Shown one piece after another: positions 38,226-51,100 of a stretch of DNA of 64,000 nt; the stretch's first letter is position 1; the number at the start of each line of letters is the position of its first letter. Source of the stretch: Klebsormidium nitens (taxonomy: Eukaryota; Plantae; Klebsormidiophyceae); assembly GCA_000708835.1 (NCBI GenBank), contig DF237311.1, forward strand, positions 1 through 64,000, written 5' to 3'. The notes beneath the pieces are model-generated. The model made no database searches, was not told the DNA's origin, and worked only from the letters and a program-made list of their open reading frames with translations. The translations under genes and the position numbers were made by a program.

Positions 38226-38986
38226 AGGTCCATCTCCAGGCCCTGCCAGGCGAGCGCCTTCTTGCGGCTGTTGGCGAGCATCTTGCTGGTTGTGTGCCTC
38301 CTGCTGACTCTCCGCCCCGTCAGCTGCGTCTGCAGTACAGTCCTGGCCGTGACCGCGTGCCTGTTCTCCTGGATTACCGCTGCCCGGAACGCGGCGAAGT
38401 TGACGCTCTTCTCGGAAAAGAGATGCCTGCCGATCAGGCATTCCCAGTCAGATTCCAACGTTGCCTTGGTTGAGAGCTTTCCAAAGTCAAACAGCAAGTC
38501 ATCTTCCGGACGATCATCCGGGTCGAATTCGGGGTTTAGGTACGCCTTTCCGCAGTTAACCTCGTTCTGGCGGGCTGCAAAGTTAGCACGTGCCCCGCTC
38601 GCAAACCCAAAGGTCCACATGAAAAGAATGATTCCATCCCGCAGCTCCCAGTACCCGTCATCATTGCCGAGGCCCACTGCATTGTAGGCTGCCCAGAAAG
38701 CATCATCCATAGCCCTCCAGGCCTCAGCAGGCGAGAGGACCGTCCCCTCCTTCACCTCATCAAACACGATCCAGGCAAAGCCCTGAGGGTTGGCTGTCCA
38801 CCTGGCCATTGACTGTGCCCTAGTGCGCAGACCAAGGACGTAAGATTCCCAGTGCATGCGCCAACCCTCAGAGGCCACCACCAAGATCGCGAAGTTGGGG
38901 ACTTCAAGCATGCACTGGGGCCCATTGAAGCCCTGTTCAGCCAGAAAGCTCAGGCACTTATCCTGGAGAGACGATGGCTCAGACAT
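38226..38986 (-). CDS. Third transposon-borne gene, large exon (~254 codons), unknown function
   Basis: ATG-initiated, aromatic-rich, globular-looking ORF ending at a GTAAG donor (38225-38221). No motif recognised. Confidence 0.55.
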
Positions 38987-40250
38987 GGCGCAGCAGACTT
39001 CAAGAAGGAGCAGCTATGGCGTAACGAGAAAGTGGGGCGCAAAGCTTCCTCAGAAGGCGTTCGTTGCAGGGGCCCCGTTTCTGTTTGAGCGAAGCGGGAG
39101 ACTTTTCGAAGCTTCCATGCGCAATCGCGCAAGGAAAGCCGAAGCTTTGATCGGCCACTGGCAGTCACGCGTACGAAAACGGCAGTTGACGATCGAGCAA
39201 CGGAGGCATAGACGGCAATTGCGCAGCAGTTACACTACTGTAGGTTTTAGCACTGACAGGGAAGTCGACCATTGGACAATCCATATCGTACGTCCGAGAA
39301 AGTTAAGTCCTAGGCAGAACGTACGTCCGAGAAAGTTAAGGCCTAGAATGCTTCAGCTGCTGCAGCAGCACGCCTCACAGATCAGGGAGCGCCCTTTGTT
39401 TTGACTGCGCGCTTAGGCTCCAGCCGTATTCCAGACAGCCATATTCCAGACAGGACGTGCTCAGAAAAGATTGGCTAGAGAAAAGCAGGGCGCTCATGAG
39501 CTGATCAGGTTATTGCCAAAGTTGCGTCCCAGCTCTCAGACCGGCAGTCGCGCTTTGCGTAGATATTCGACGTGGGCGCCTTATTGAAACCCGAGACCGG
39601 TGACGGAAGGTTTCAAGATAGACAGACACAGCATCTGAGCAAACCACACTCCTGTCTTTTGACAAGAAAGTTTGGGACGAAGGGTGCGAACAAACCTCTT
39701 AAAAGGGAGAAGCAGCGGGGGCCTTTGAGTGCCCTCAGATGGGCGCTTTTGAGGAAGCAAGCAGACGGACGAAGGTCCGCGTGTCCAAAATTTCAAAGAA
39801 CGGCTCTCCTTTTGAGTCCAGTTTTTTGTTCATGAAACTGTGAGAAACTTCTCAACTTCTCAAATTAGAAAGGGGACAAGATCAGGCCAGAAATATATCT
39901 AAAGAATCCGGAAAGACGGGAAGAAGAACAAGTAGCTTCGCCCACGAACAATCAATCAATCAATCATTCTTTCAATCAGTCAGTCAATGCAAGCTTTGAT
40001 ACTTTGATGTAGCTGAAATCAACGGGATCAGGCTCTAGCAGTAAGCTGATGGGCGCTGGCCAGAGATTCTTGCTTAGTCTAGGCTTTGTTCAGTCTGACG
40101 TAAAGTCTGATCATTCACTCCAGCTGTATGTGGGTAGACCTGACCCTGCAGACATGTGTCTTAAACTGACCCTTATCGACCGTTTTCAAATGTCTGAATA
40201 AATTGCACTCACGTTTTTCTAAGGGAACCCATGGGTTCCCTTGGCCAGCC

Positions 40251-43200
40251 CTAGATCCGGATGCGTACGGGCGGCAGCGCCTTGAACGTGTAGATCTGGC
40301 CCCGCTGCCTGTCCTCCACCATCTTCACCGACTCCACGCGGTCTTTTATCTGGTTCCAGGTCACCGTCTTCAGCTCGTAGGCGCGTGCCTCCCCGTCACT
40401 CTCAGCGTCACTCTCCTCGTCTCTCTCGGCGTCGCTGTCGACGTCCATCTCTCCCTCGACTGGGTAGGGCGTCCAGTCTTCTTCCCCCCCGTCCGGTGCA
40501 GGTGGTCCGCATCTTTTCAGCCACTGGAGGGCTGCCTTCCTTCCCCCACCGGAGCTGACCTTCCGCACGATGGCGTACGCCAAGGACCAGCCCGGCCTCA
40601 CCGACTTGAGGACCCCGTACGGGACTCCGTAGCCCCACTGCCCTTCTACACCCTCTTTCCGGACGTCCGCGTCCTCTAACACCTCCACTCGGACGATGTC
40701 CCCGACCTGCGAGATTTGGGCGTCCGAAGGTGAGGCCGAGAATCTACAGTAGTAAATTGCTTGCAAAAAAAAAACGGGCCGACTTGACAGGAAGGCGAAA
40801 GGATTTTCGAAGAGCTTGTCTGCAGCAGGTGGTGGGCTCTGTGAGAATTCAAGGTGTTCTTTACGTAGTGCCAGTCTCTCAAGCTATCGCATAGCCTTAG
40901 TGTGCAATCAACACGCATCACTTCAAAGATTGGTTAAAAGGACCCCTTATGGAGAGGCTTGAACAACTTTCAGGGTTTTGCTTTCGGATTGCGGACGTTG
41001 CAGGAGCTCTTGTCGCACCGTCTTCATCGCGGCCGCACGCGAGGTTTTTGTCAAGGTTTCTGCGAGGTTTTTCTCGAGGTTTTGCGCGCGGCCGCGCCCG
41101 ACCGCTTAAGATGTTTTGTTTGCACAGCCGCGCGCGAGGCCTTTATTGGGGCCGCGCGCGAGGTTTTGCGCGCGGCCGCACCGACCAAAGGTTTGCGCGC
41201 GGCCACGCCCAAGGTATTGCTCGCGGCCGCGTCCGCGGTTTTGCGCGGCCGGGCGCGAGGTATTGCTCGCGGCCACGCGCGAGGTTTTGTGCGCGGCCGC
41301 GGGCGTGTCCGAAGCAAATATTCGCAAAACCAGAAGGTTGGGGGGACGTGAAGAATAGAATTTCGGCGCGTCGTGAATGATAATAGAGTGTGCCACTTGT
41401 CGCGTTTCCTCCAAGATAGGGTCTGCCGTTTTGCTGATGGCAGAGCCTATTCTGATGTCTTATGGTTTCTGGAAAAGAAGACCAAAGTCTCTCGAAGCCT
41501 CGGAGTCTGTAAACAAACTCAAGACTCCCAGAAATAATAGTCTGTGAACGCAGCTGAACGTCTCCCACGTACATTGAAAGTCTCCAAAAAAAGTTTGTAA
41601 AATCTTACCCGGGGTAAGACCGGCACCCACACGTCGTGCGCCTCGAACCCCAGCCCGCTCGGCGCCACCTCGATCACGTGACTCGCCCCTGTGCAGAGCG
41701 TCTCGCCGAGGGCGGGCACCGGGATGAAGTGCCTCCGCAAGTGGCAAGCCAGCCGGACGCGCTTCTGGCCTGGCTTCAGGGGCTCGAGCATGAGGCAGTT
41801 GTGCGGACTGCCACCCAGGGGAAGCCCCGTCTCCGCGTCGCGCTGGATGCGGAACCGCGAGTATTCCAAGAAGATCCGCCGGGGGCCGTTCTTGGGCTTC
41901 GCGGTGAAGAACGACTCCACCAGGACGTACTCCTCCGACTCGTCCGCAGCTTTCGGGGCCAGCACGGCGTGGTCGCCCGGAGCGAAGTTGTTCTCGCCGA
42001 GCTGTAGAGGGTGAGTGCATCGTGTGTGAGTCGCTGTAAGACTTTTCTGCGAGACGGTTACTTCTTACAGCCTCTGTCAATCATGCTTCATAGAGGCCTA
42101 CAGTCGCATGTTGCCCGTGATACTACCAATCGGGTCGATTGTCAGAAAGATTCGCACCATCTGTCGAAGAATATCGATTCAATTTGAAACTTGGTGGATT
42201 CCAGAAACTTAGAAACACGCGCTTTCGATCTTGGGGAAAAGACTGTTCCAAACGGGTCGTTCAAGGGCGCGAGGAAAGCCCTCAGCACGTACTTTCGACC
42301 GCAGGACTTCGTTCAGACTGCAGTATATCTTTTGGCAGGACCCATATAAGGGGGGGAGGTCGCTTATAACCATGCTTGGGCTGAGGGAAGGCTTCTCGGA
42401 AACCCGTCTCACCGGAAAGTAAAATCAGTTTTTCTTGGCTAAAAGCCGTGGATGCGTTGAGTGGGGTCCATAAAGTCTTTTAAAATATCTCGGGCACGCC
42501 AGACGCCCGACCGGTTAGGGAGCTGTGGCGTTAAGTGTTGACCAGACCGGTACTAGTGAGCCAGGGATTGAATGAGACTGAATTGGTGTGAATGCACTCT
42601 CTCAGGTCTGAATCCGAAAGAAATTTCACAATCCGCTCTCGCAAGAAGGTTAGCCGGATTGCATGAAACGATGTTGGAGACGTAACCGTGCCTTTCAAAG
42701 CGGCTGATGGCAGAAACGGAAAGTCGTCTGATTCCAGAGCTTGCCTGCTTTCTCGCTTCGGACACGTCCTTGCTCCTGAACGGCCTGTTGAGCAATTCAA
42801 AGTCTCCGTCAATTAGCTGAAAGACTGTTTAAAAATGGCAAGTTCTTTGCGGCGCAAAACCTGAATACTCCTTGCCCGCCGGACCGTACGACGATCCACT
42901 CGGTAGTACCGCTCCCCCGTCCTCGCGGCCGCCCGCGCCTCTCCGTCAAAGATGCGCTCGACGGCGACGCGCTGCACGTTCTCCAGTCGCAGGCGCGTCC
43001 GCGTTTCCCACTTTTCCGGCAACTGCCCGACCGCCACACCCTCCTCGCGCACGCGCGCGAGTATCTGCTCGTCCGACGCGCGCGCATCGCGCGGCCGCTC
43101 GAGCCCCAGCTGCTCCACGTAGGTCGCGGCTTCTGTCTGCGACGCGGCGAAGACGACCCCATCCGACTCGCGCGCGCGCGCGCGCGCCCACACGTCGTCG

Positions 43201-46200
43201 CCCGCTGACCGTCCGGCGGCACGGAGTCGCTCTTCGCGTCGTTTTCGGAGCAGCCACGCAATCCTCACGCAGAAAAGCGCCCGCTTGTGGAGCGTACTCT
43301 CGACCTCCTTGCAGTTGTGCTTGGTGTTGACCAGCTGCTTGATCTTGCGTTCTTGCGCGTAACACCAGTACGCGTCGGGCGGGCCGTGCATGCGCACGTT
43401 TGTGGGCATGTGCAGGCAGGTCTCGTGATCGAGCGGGCGCAGCTTGGGCAGCGCGTACTCCTCCGCGCGGACCAGCTTCGCCTTGAGCAGCTGCTGGAAC
43501 ACGCACGCAAGCTTGCTCGTCCACCCGCCCCGCGTGCCGACCAAGTACACGAGCGTGTGGATGCACGCCACCAGCTGCACGATCGCGTACCCCTCCGGGT
43601 CCTCCGTCGCGACGTCGGCGAACGCGGTGGCGAAGCAGACCGTCGCCGCCTTCATGTGCTCCTCCGCCTTCCACCACCCCAGCGGCCGCTTCTCCGGGTC
43701 TGCCGGCCACCGTCCGTCGCCGAGCTTCCGGGTGGGTCTGATGCCCGCCAGCCGCTTGCCGAAATCCTCTTTATCGGCCCGGGGAGGTTCTAAACTGAAC
43801 GTCGTGTCGCCCTGCTTTGAAGTGACCCCGTTCAGAAAGTCTTGTAACAGGTGCTTCACCATGTTTTCGGGGCCACAGTGCAGGAAGTCGCTGCATATGT
43901 CCAGCAACAGGTGCAGACCGTACGCCGCCCACAGGATCAATAGCATGCAGAACCCATTGAAGCCCGTCCGCTTGTTGATCCGATTCCGCTCCGCCTTTGA
44001 CCTCGCCCCTAGGTGCTCGAGCATTGCGGCCGCGACATCTTCCATCGTCTTCTCTTCGCACCCGTCGCGCGCGAGCCGCCGGCCGTCTTGATAAACCAGC
44101 CTCCCGTCGTTGTAGCGCGTAGCCTGGTGCTTGCAGCTCCGCGAAACCCAGTATCCCCCCAGCTTGAACTTCAACATATCCGCCAGGGCCGGAAGGTCTG
44201 AAAACACGCTCGAGACTATCATCCGGATCCTAACCGGGCCGTTCTGAGGGGGGAGTTTGGGGCTAATCTCGTTGGGAGGGAGGGCGTAGTTGACCAGGAT
44301 GCCCTCCTTGAAGAGGCGCAGGGCGTCCAGCACGAATGCGAGCATGAAGGGGTCGTAACAGTCGGGGCCGGCGACCATCTTCGTCTTTTGGGGCAACATT
44401 AACGGCCACAGCCAGTCCTCCGTCCCCCTGTGCAGATTGCGTTTGGAGACCGTCATTGGAAACACGTCCAGGATGCAGCTGGACTTGCTCGACGTGGTTG
44501 CCGTCGGGAACCCGTCCTGATGCAGCCCCAGCTTCAAGTTCCTCGGGTCCCCCCGTCTCGCCAGGTCTGACAGCGTCGCCGTCATCTCCGTTTTGCAGAT
44601 GGGGCACAGCGCTTCGAAGCGCTGCCGTTCGGCGACCCACATCTGGAGGGTCGGCCGGGTGAACCAGGGGGGGCTGAACGTCTTGGCGCAATGCACTTTC
44701 CGGCTTCTGCAGCACTCCGGGCACGTCAGCGGAAGAAGGAAGCTGGACTCGGGGTCGAAGAACGCCGCGTCGTCTCGCCACCGCTCCCCGTCCCAGACTT
44801 CCGACTGCGGCTCGAAAACCCCCCCCTTCGGTTGCCCCAGCCAATGTTCCCGCTGTCCCCAAGCCCCCCGGACCGTCGCGTCTTTGCAGCCTTCCAGCGT
44901 GGTGAGCTTCGCGCGCGCGTGCAGCTCTGGCGATATGTACGGCAGCTCGTACGCGTCCCGCCGCCGGAAGCCGCAGTCCGGGCACTTCTCTTGGTGCACG
45001 GGGCAGTCGCGCCACGCTGGCCTGCGCGGCCCCTCTTCGCATTCGGGACAGGGAGTCGTTCTGCAGTCTTCGGCGCTCGGGGCGAAGAGGTGCCAGTGGC
45101 CCTTGTTCTCTCCTGTTTTGGGGCCCGGGTGCCAGCGCCAGTTCTGTGCTTCGCCCAGCTCACGTGACGACCTTGCCAGGTAGGCAGTTACCTGCACAAG
45201 AATGTTTCGAAACTGTAAGTCTACGTACCGGAAGTCATACCATCGGAAGGCCCGACTTTTCCATGCGATCCCGCGTGAAGGACAAGTTTTTTGGAAGCAT
45301 AATCTTTTCGTGCACCAATGTTCCGCTGTTCTGCCGTTCCTTTTGTCTGCCTGCTCGAAAGAAGAACGGAACAGCAGAAAATCGGAACAACGGTGCTTGC
45401 GTGCGCACCACCGCTTCCATGTGCACCCCTCCTCGTGAAAAACTCAAGATCTTTCAGTTGAACGTTTTCAAAATCCAACTCTGCTTTCAAGCCGTCTTAA
45501 TCAATTTTGAAAAAGAGCCAATCTCCATTCAGACATTGCGCACACTTCTTTTGAGATGCAAACAACTTGGTAAATCAAAGACTATGATTGTCTCCTTGAT
45601 CAATCTCACGAGTTGACGTCTGGTCAGAAAAGTTGATTGGACGGAGATGTCTCCGAGCACAGAATCTACAGAATATTGCTATGCTTCCCTCTCCTTCAGC
45701 CGTGCTTTACGATTCAACAACGATCAGATCCCTCAACTTCAACTGCCCGGTTTTGAAAGACGGGGAAAGCTTATAGAGTTAGCGGCTGAGTTACTCGCGA
45801 ATAACTTACCCACCATGGTGCTTATTGGCCAACTATGTGGTGCTTGTTGGCCAACTCTCTAAGCTTCCCCTTCGATCGAGGGGACATTGCGGACTCGACT
45901 GAGTTGTTGACTAACTTTCTAAGCTTCCACCTCCACACATTACTACCAGGGGAAGCTTAGAAGTTAGTCAATAACTTAGTGTTTGAAAAGCCAGCAGGTT
46001 GCAAGCTGAGAATTGTAATGTTTTTGGTCAATTACGTCGCCTTTGGTGGTCAAGTGCAGGGCCCTTGTCAAGCCCCGCGGGACAAGGGTCCGGCCGGGGC
46101 TCATCGTCGTGGGGTTGGATTTACCGGTGAATGTTACCCCCCAACCCCCTTGCTGGAATGAAATTCGGAGAAGGCTCTGCAAATTGTCTTATAAAATTGT

Positions 46201-47226
46201 CTAATTGTCTTATAGAACTGTCTAATTGGCTAATCGTCAAATATTTGTCTAATTGCACAGCATTTCAATTTCTAATTAGGAACGAAGATGCTGCACGGTT
46301 CTCTGAATTCAGATCCTGCATCCTGACGTACCTAAATGGCAGCAGAAAGGGAGATTAATTCCATCTGACGGAGGTCTCCGCAAACTAGAAGAGAAGAATC
46401 TGACCAGGGCCAGGTTTGTTCAAAGGCCCTCTCGAAGTTAACAGATTGTACTGGACAGCTAGATCGATACATATTCATCTGGCCAGCAGCTTCACAGGAG
46501 ATTTGGTCAGTTCGGACAGCCTACCTGAGCATGCGATTGAGGAAGAGCCAGCCTCGTGATGGTCTCTTTCCACCGAGGGTCGATTGCCGCAGCGAAGGAG
46601 TCGCTCGCGCCGATGCACGTCTTGAGCAGCTTGTCCATGACTGCGTTGCTGAGAGCACTCTGCTCTCCAATCCTCTGCAGGTCGACGATCGCATCGAGCA
46701 GCTTCTCCTCAAGAGCAGACCCTGGACCACCCGCTTGCCCTGGATCTTCCCCCTGGCCATGCTCGCGGTCATCGTCTACAGCAGGAGCCTCAAAGTCCGG
46801 TAACTGGCCAAACCAGCTGCCAATCCCTGCCCTTTCTGTTCCGTTTCTCCCACCCTCTCTTCGCGCATGCGCTGCTTCAGCTCGTGTCCCTGGCTCTGCA
46901 CCATCTAGCCCCCCTTCCCCCTCAAATTCCACGTTACCAGCCAGAAGATTGGCCTGGTTTGCTTCAGAGCGCCCTGCTGGAACTCGAAGCTCTGTCTCTG
47001 CGTTTGGGATTTCTCTCTCCACTAAGGCTCCTGCTGCAGATGTTCGAGCATGTGAACTGACAGCAGCTGCAGGTGCTCTCTCTTTCTCAAGGTGCTTTCT
47101 CCTGGTGCGTTCGTTGACGTACCGTCCCCCATCCTTGTTCTGTTTGCACAGCGTACATGTGCACCAGATTCTTCCCTCCGAGTCGAATTCCGCTTCGAAA
47201 TCCACGGGAACCTGTTTCAGACGCAT
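40251..47226 (-). CDS. EnSpm/CACTA transposase (TnpD-like), ~1,293 aa, with C-terminal BAH-like modules
   Basis: Phase-0 exons 47226-46525, 45191-42861, 42001-41609, 40706-40251. N-terminal CxCxxC transposase-associated motif (WCTCTLC...RTRRKH). LGLHQDGF, FSDLPA, DFLH (CMC DxxH signature) and HMPTNVRMHGPPDAYWCYAQER (DUF4218-like region with the catalytic E). Confidence 0.88.
41027..41305. repeat. CG-rich ~24-bp degenerate repeat array in transposase intron 3
   Basis: About 9-10 units of GAGGT(T/A)TTGC(G/T)CGCGGCC(G/A)C. Confidence 0.8.
45762..45980. repeat. Two related inverted repeats in transposase intron 1
   Basis: 45898-45928 pairs imperfectly with 45951-45980. 45762-45780 pairs with 45853-45870. 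Shared CTAAGCTTCC core. Confidence 0.7.
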
Positions 47227-48124
47227 GCTTACTTTCGAACTATACTGCCGGCATACTGCAAGCGCCTCACTGATTACATGAAGATTCTCATGATCGCGAG
47301 CAATTCTCAGTGACACCTACAGCTTGAGGACGTCGACTCCATCTCTTCACATTCTTCGATCTGTTTCCCCTCTGCAGGAATCTAGCTCGATCTCTGCTAG
47401 CATCACAATCGCTTTTGCGACTGCACATGCGGTCTCTCACAAAGCAGCAAATGAGCTCTAGATAGTCTCCGAGGGTGCTCAAGCTCATCATGTCGATCAG
47501 CCTCGAGGCTGATCAAAGAGCTCTTTGAACGTACAAAGTCAACCATTTCCTTCATCTTGCCATCTTCACTCTGCAGCAAAACACAAGGAGCACCAGCCGG
47601 GGTTCGACGCGAGCATCGAAGCTAAGATACAGGTATGCGCAAGTACTTCGCGCCCGTCGATGTTATAACTATCTGCAAAGAATCCCGCCAAATTTGAGGC
47701 AGATTCGCGCGTACGGCTCTGATTTCCAGGCTACAGGTTGACTGTCAAGAACGATCGTCCGATATCTTTGGAAACCTGGTTTTGACACGGAGTTACGCAC
47801 TTCGGTTCGATAGGAGATCGAGGTAGATGACCTGACGGAAATGATGTATATCGTCGAACTTCGTGTCAAAGCGAGCGCACGAAATCCCTGGTGTTCGAAC
47901 ATGCAGACGTCGCGCGCCTAACGTTAGGTTAACCCTGTTACAGTCAGCGCACAAGCAAAGAACGATGCTGCAGCAAGGAGGCAGCACTAGCAGCAGAGAC
48001 TTAGATCAGCAGTAGTAGCAGCAGCAAAAGCCGCTGCAGGTCCGTCTGAGAAGGGGCCAAAGCATCTACAGATCGAAGTCGTTCTGGTTTTTTTTGCATT
48101 TTGATCAGCGCTCCATAGCTTCGG

Positions 48125-51100
48125 ATGGCGCAGGCTGACGCGAACGAGATGAATGACAGCAGCGCTAACGTGAGCGATATGACCTGCGAGGAGTTTGCGC
48201 AAGAGGTTGAAAAGAGATTGAAGAGCGATAGATACACGAAATTCATCATCGAGGAAGAGATCAGCGGAGAAGCCTTCCAGGCTGGAGGCGACCCTCTCAT
48301 TCAAAGCTTCACGGATCTAGACAGTGAAAAAAAGATAAAGCAGGGTCACATCGTAATCTTGCAGAAGTACAGACAGTCAAGCTTTGGTACGCAGGGATCC
48401 ACTGATGAGAGAGTCAGCGGTGAAGCTGACAAGGGTCCTGCAGATTGCCTGAGCAGGGAGCTGGTGGCTGTGGAAGAGGGGGGTGCTTCTGAGGGGGCAA
48501 AAGAGAAAGGAACGGAGAAGAGGAAGGCAGCGCAAGCGATGAATGAACCTGCGACTGCACAAAACCTGTTCGCGACACTGTGGCAGAGCCATAAGTGGAA
48601 GCACGTCATGGGAGGGAATGGGGTCCGGAGGATGCAGGCAATGCATGCAGACCTTAGTAACCGGATGCACGTGGATCTTGGCCTGGAAGACTATGCCCAG
48701 GGCGGGAGCAAGGAGAACGAGAATCTGCCAGATGAGCAGCAGGAGCGGCTGGCGTCGATCCACTTGAAGAAGAACGGCAAGGACCGAGAATGGAGGGACC
48801 GGATCTACGACGCCATCATGGGGGAGGGAGAGAGCGGTGGAATGTTGACGACTCTGGACGGCAAGGTCTTCAGGTGGCCCAAGGGTAAGCTTGAAAGCTT
48901 TTAACTCTCGCAGAAAGTACACTTTTTTTCGAGCCAAACTTTCTTCTCTGTGCAGTACAGCTCAGTACGTAACAGACTCTTGAACTGGAAGGTATCATAC
49001 AGATCCATCGCTGATATCGATAATCCTGGGACATTAGACGCTGTCAGCGTGATCTTTCTCAATCTTGGAAATTATACGATGATATCCTGCTAGCTGTTTT
49101 GTGCTTTTCATCTTCGGATGCATCTGGCCTGCGCATATATATGGACCGTGGAGATTGTCAGTCATTCTTGATTGCAGATTGCTAAGACGAAAAGCACTGT
49201 TTATTGTGACAGCGTTATCGAGAATTATCACCTTCGTCCTGCTCGGTGCATCTGCAACTTCGTACGCATCCAAGGGCGTCGAATTTTATCAGACGTACAC
49301 GAACGCCTCTTGCTGGATTCGTGACTTCACTGGCTTTGATGTGCAGCCGCTCCAACAGATTTGTCGGGAATTGTTCCGGTCATGAACTGGATTTGACTCA
49401 CGACTGTAGACTCTGCGAATCCCAGCATCAGATTCGTTCAGCTCAAAGAAATCGGTCTCCAGCAAATCGCGGAGGATTGCCAAGGGCATCATTCTAATTG
49501 CGCTGCATGCATTTCAGGATCGATCACGTACATATATGCATACTTTCACCTGCAGGGACCTTCAACAGGACGTTTAATTCCATCCTGGACACGATGAGGA
49601 AGAAGCTCCTGAAGGCAGAGAAGTACAAACGCAACCAGCAGAAGAAACTACAGAAGTACCATGCCAACAAGAAGCTCAAGGTAGGAGAGCCAATGTTCTT
49701 TGGACGGCTGCTTTGGATGAAAATCGACAGGCACATTGATATCTTGTTCTTCTGTGCCCCGCCTCGCGTGAATCTCTTGGCATGTCCGAAACACAGGGTC
49801 GGCCTTTAGAAACAGAGGTTAGTGCTAGTGTCGGTCAGCTTTCCGCAGGCTGTTTCTGCACGCTTGGGGCGGCGCTCTCTTCACATCTCAGTTGCGTGCC
49901 TCTGGACTCCCTACGTCTCAAGGCCAGAATCTTCACCCCCTTGTTCCAATCTCAGAATACTCTCAAACTTAAGGGGAACGAGTTCTGAGATTCAAATCCC
50001 CCGTCGTCGATGGATCTGATCAGTGCGGCATGATTCCTAAAGCTTCCTTTCCGAAAAGGCTGGTCAAATATGTTCGAAGGTGATGTAAATCGCACGTCAA
50101 AGTGAGAAACTTTGCCAATTCGTTTCCTCTCCCCCGAGCGTTGAAGTTCTCTGCTCTATCTTCAATTCACCTCTGAAATAACTTGTCGGCTTGATCACAT
50201 GCCGTTGTTTGAGGACCGATTCGCACCCGCTGGCTGTTTCGAGTTTGCAGGGACGTTCCGAAGCTCGCGCTGCGCTCCCGCAAGGAAGCGCCGACGGGTC
50301 ACACGGCGAAGCTCCCGCGCAGGTAGGCCCGAAAACGCTGTGTGCGTATACGTTTCTGCGCATACGTTTCGTGTCTCCTAAAAAGTGTGAATACACGAAG
50401 TTTTGAAAACCTCTCGGGACTGTCCGCACAATCCGCTGCACAATCCGCCGCAGAACCTGGGGGTTATTCACATCACGTGACTTGCCAGCGGTAAGGAAAG
50501 CATTCAGCGGATTGGTCTCAGCCGTGCGAGGTGGAAGCAGCCAGAAAGCCTCTCCCGTTTGGAACAGTCTCTGTGTCTCTTACACGTTCACGGCTGCGTG
50601 ATAGGTTCCGGAACCGACGCCCGACGCAGCCGACGATTACGTGGGCCCCGAACAGCAGCTCAACAGACAGGCACGTATTCAATTTTGAGAAAGCCGCAAC
50701 GCGCGGAATTTGCCCCGCAGAGAGAGGAAGACTCCGATGGGCTCTCAGTCTGATCCCTTTCGCCTCGGTGCAACGTCGTACTGGAAGCGTCTAAGAAAGC
50801 AGTGTTATTTCAAGGCCTCTTGCTCGAATATAGTGTTGACTCTGCAGATCTGAGCTTTGTCGGCATTGCAATATTACGCGAGTGATTCTGAAGCCTACTC
50901 GTGTGCAGGAGAGCGGTACGCCGTCCAGCGACCCCCCCCGCAGCCCTCGAGGCGAGCCGCGCGCGTCAAATGCGAACCCGGTGAGTGCGGAAGACGGTGA
51001 ATTTGTGCCCGTTCCTGGTTTCGCTTTATCAGCAACGCAGGATAGGGAAGACTCGGATCTCCTGTCAGTTGGACTTCTCAAAACTTTCTTCTCGACGCAG

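Noticed and set aside
40949-41574. Several 80-140-aa ORFs
   Set aside because: Translations of the CG-rich intron repeat array.
42872-45183. Long overlapping ORFs on both strands of the transposase (e.g. 44263-45042, 42946-43710, 44593-45183)
   Set aside because: Shadow frames of GC-rich coding sequence; Arg/Ala/Gly-biased with no motifs.
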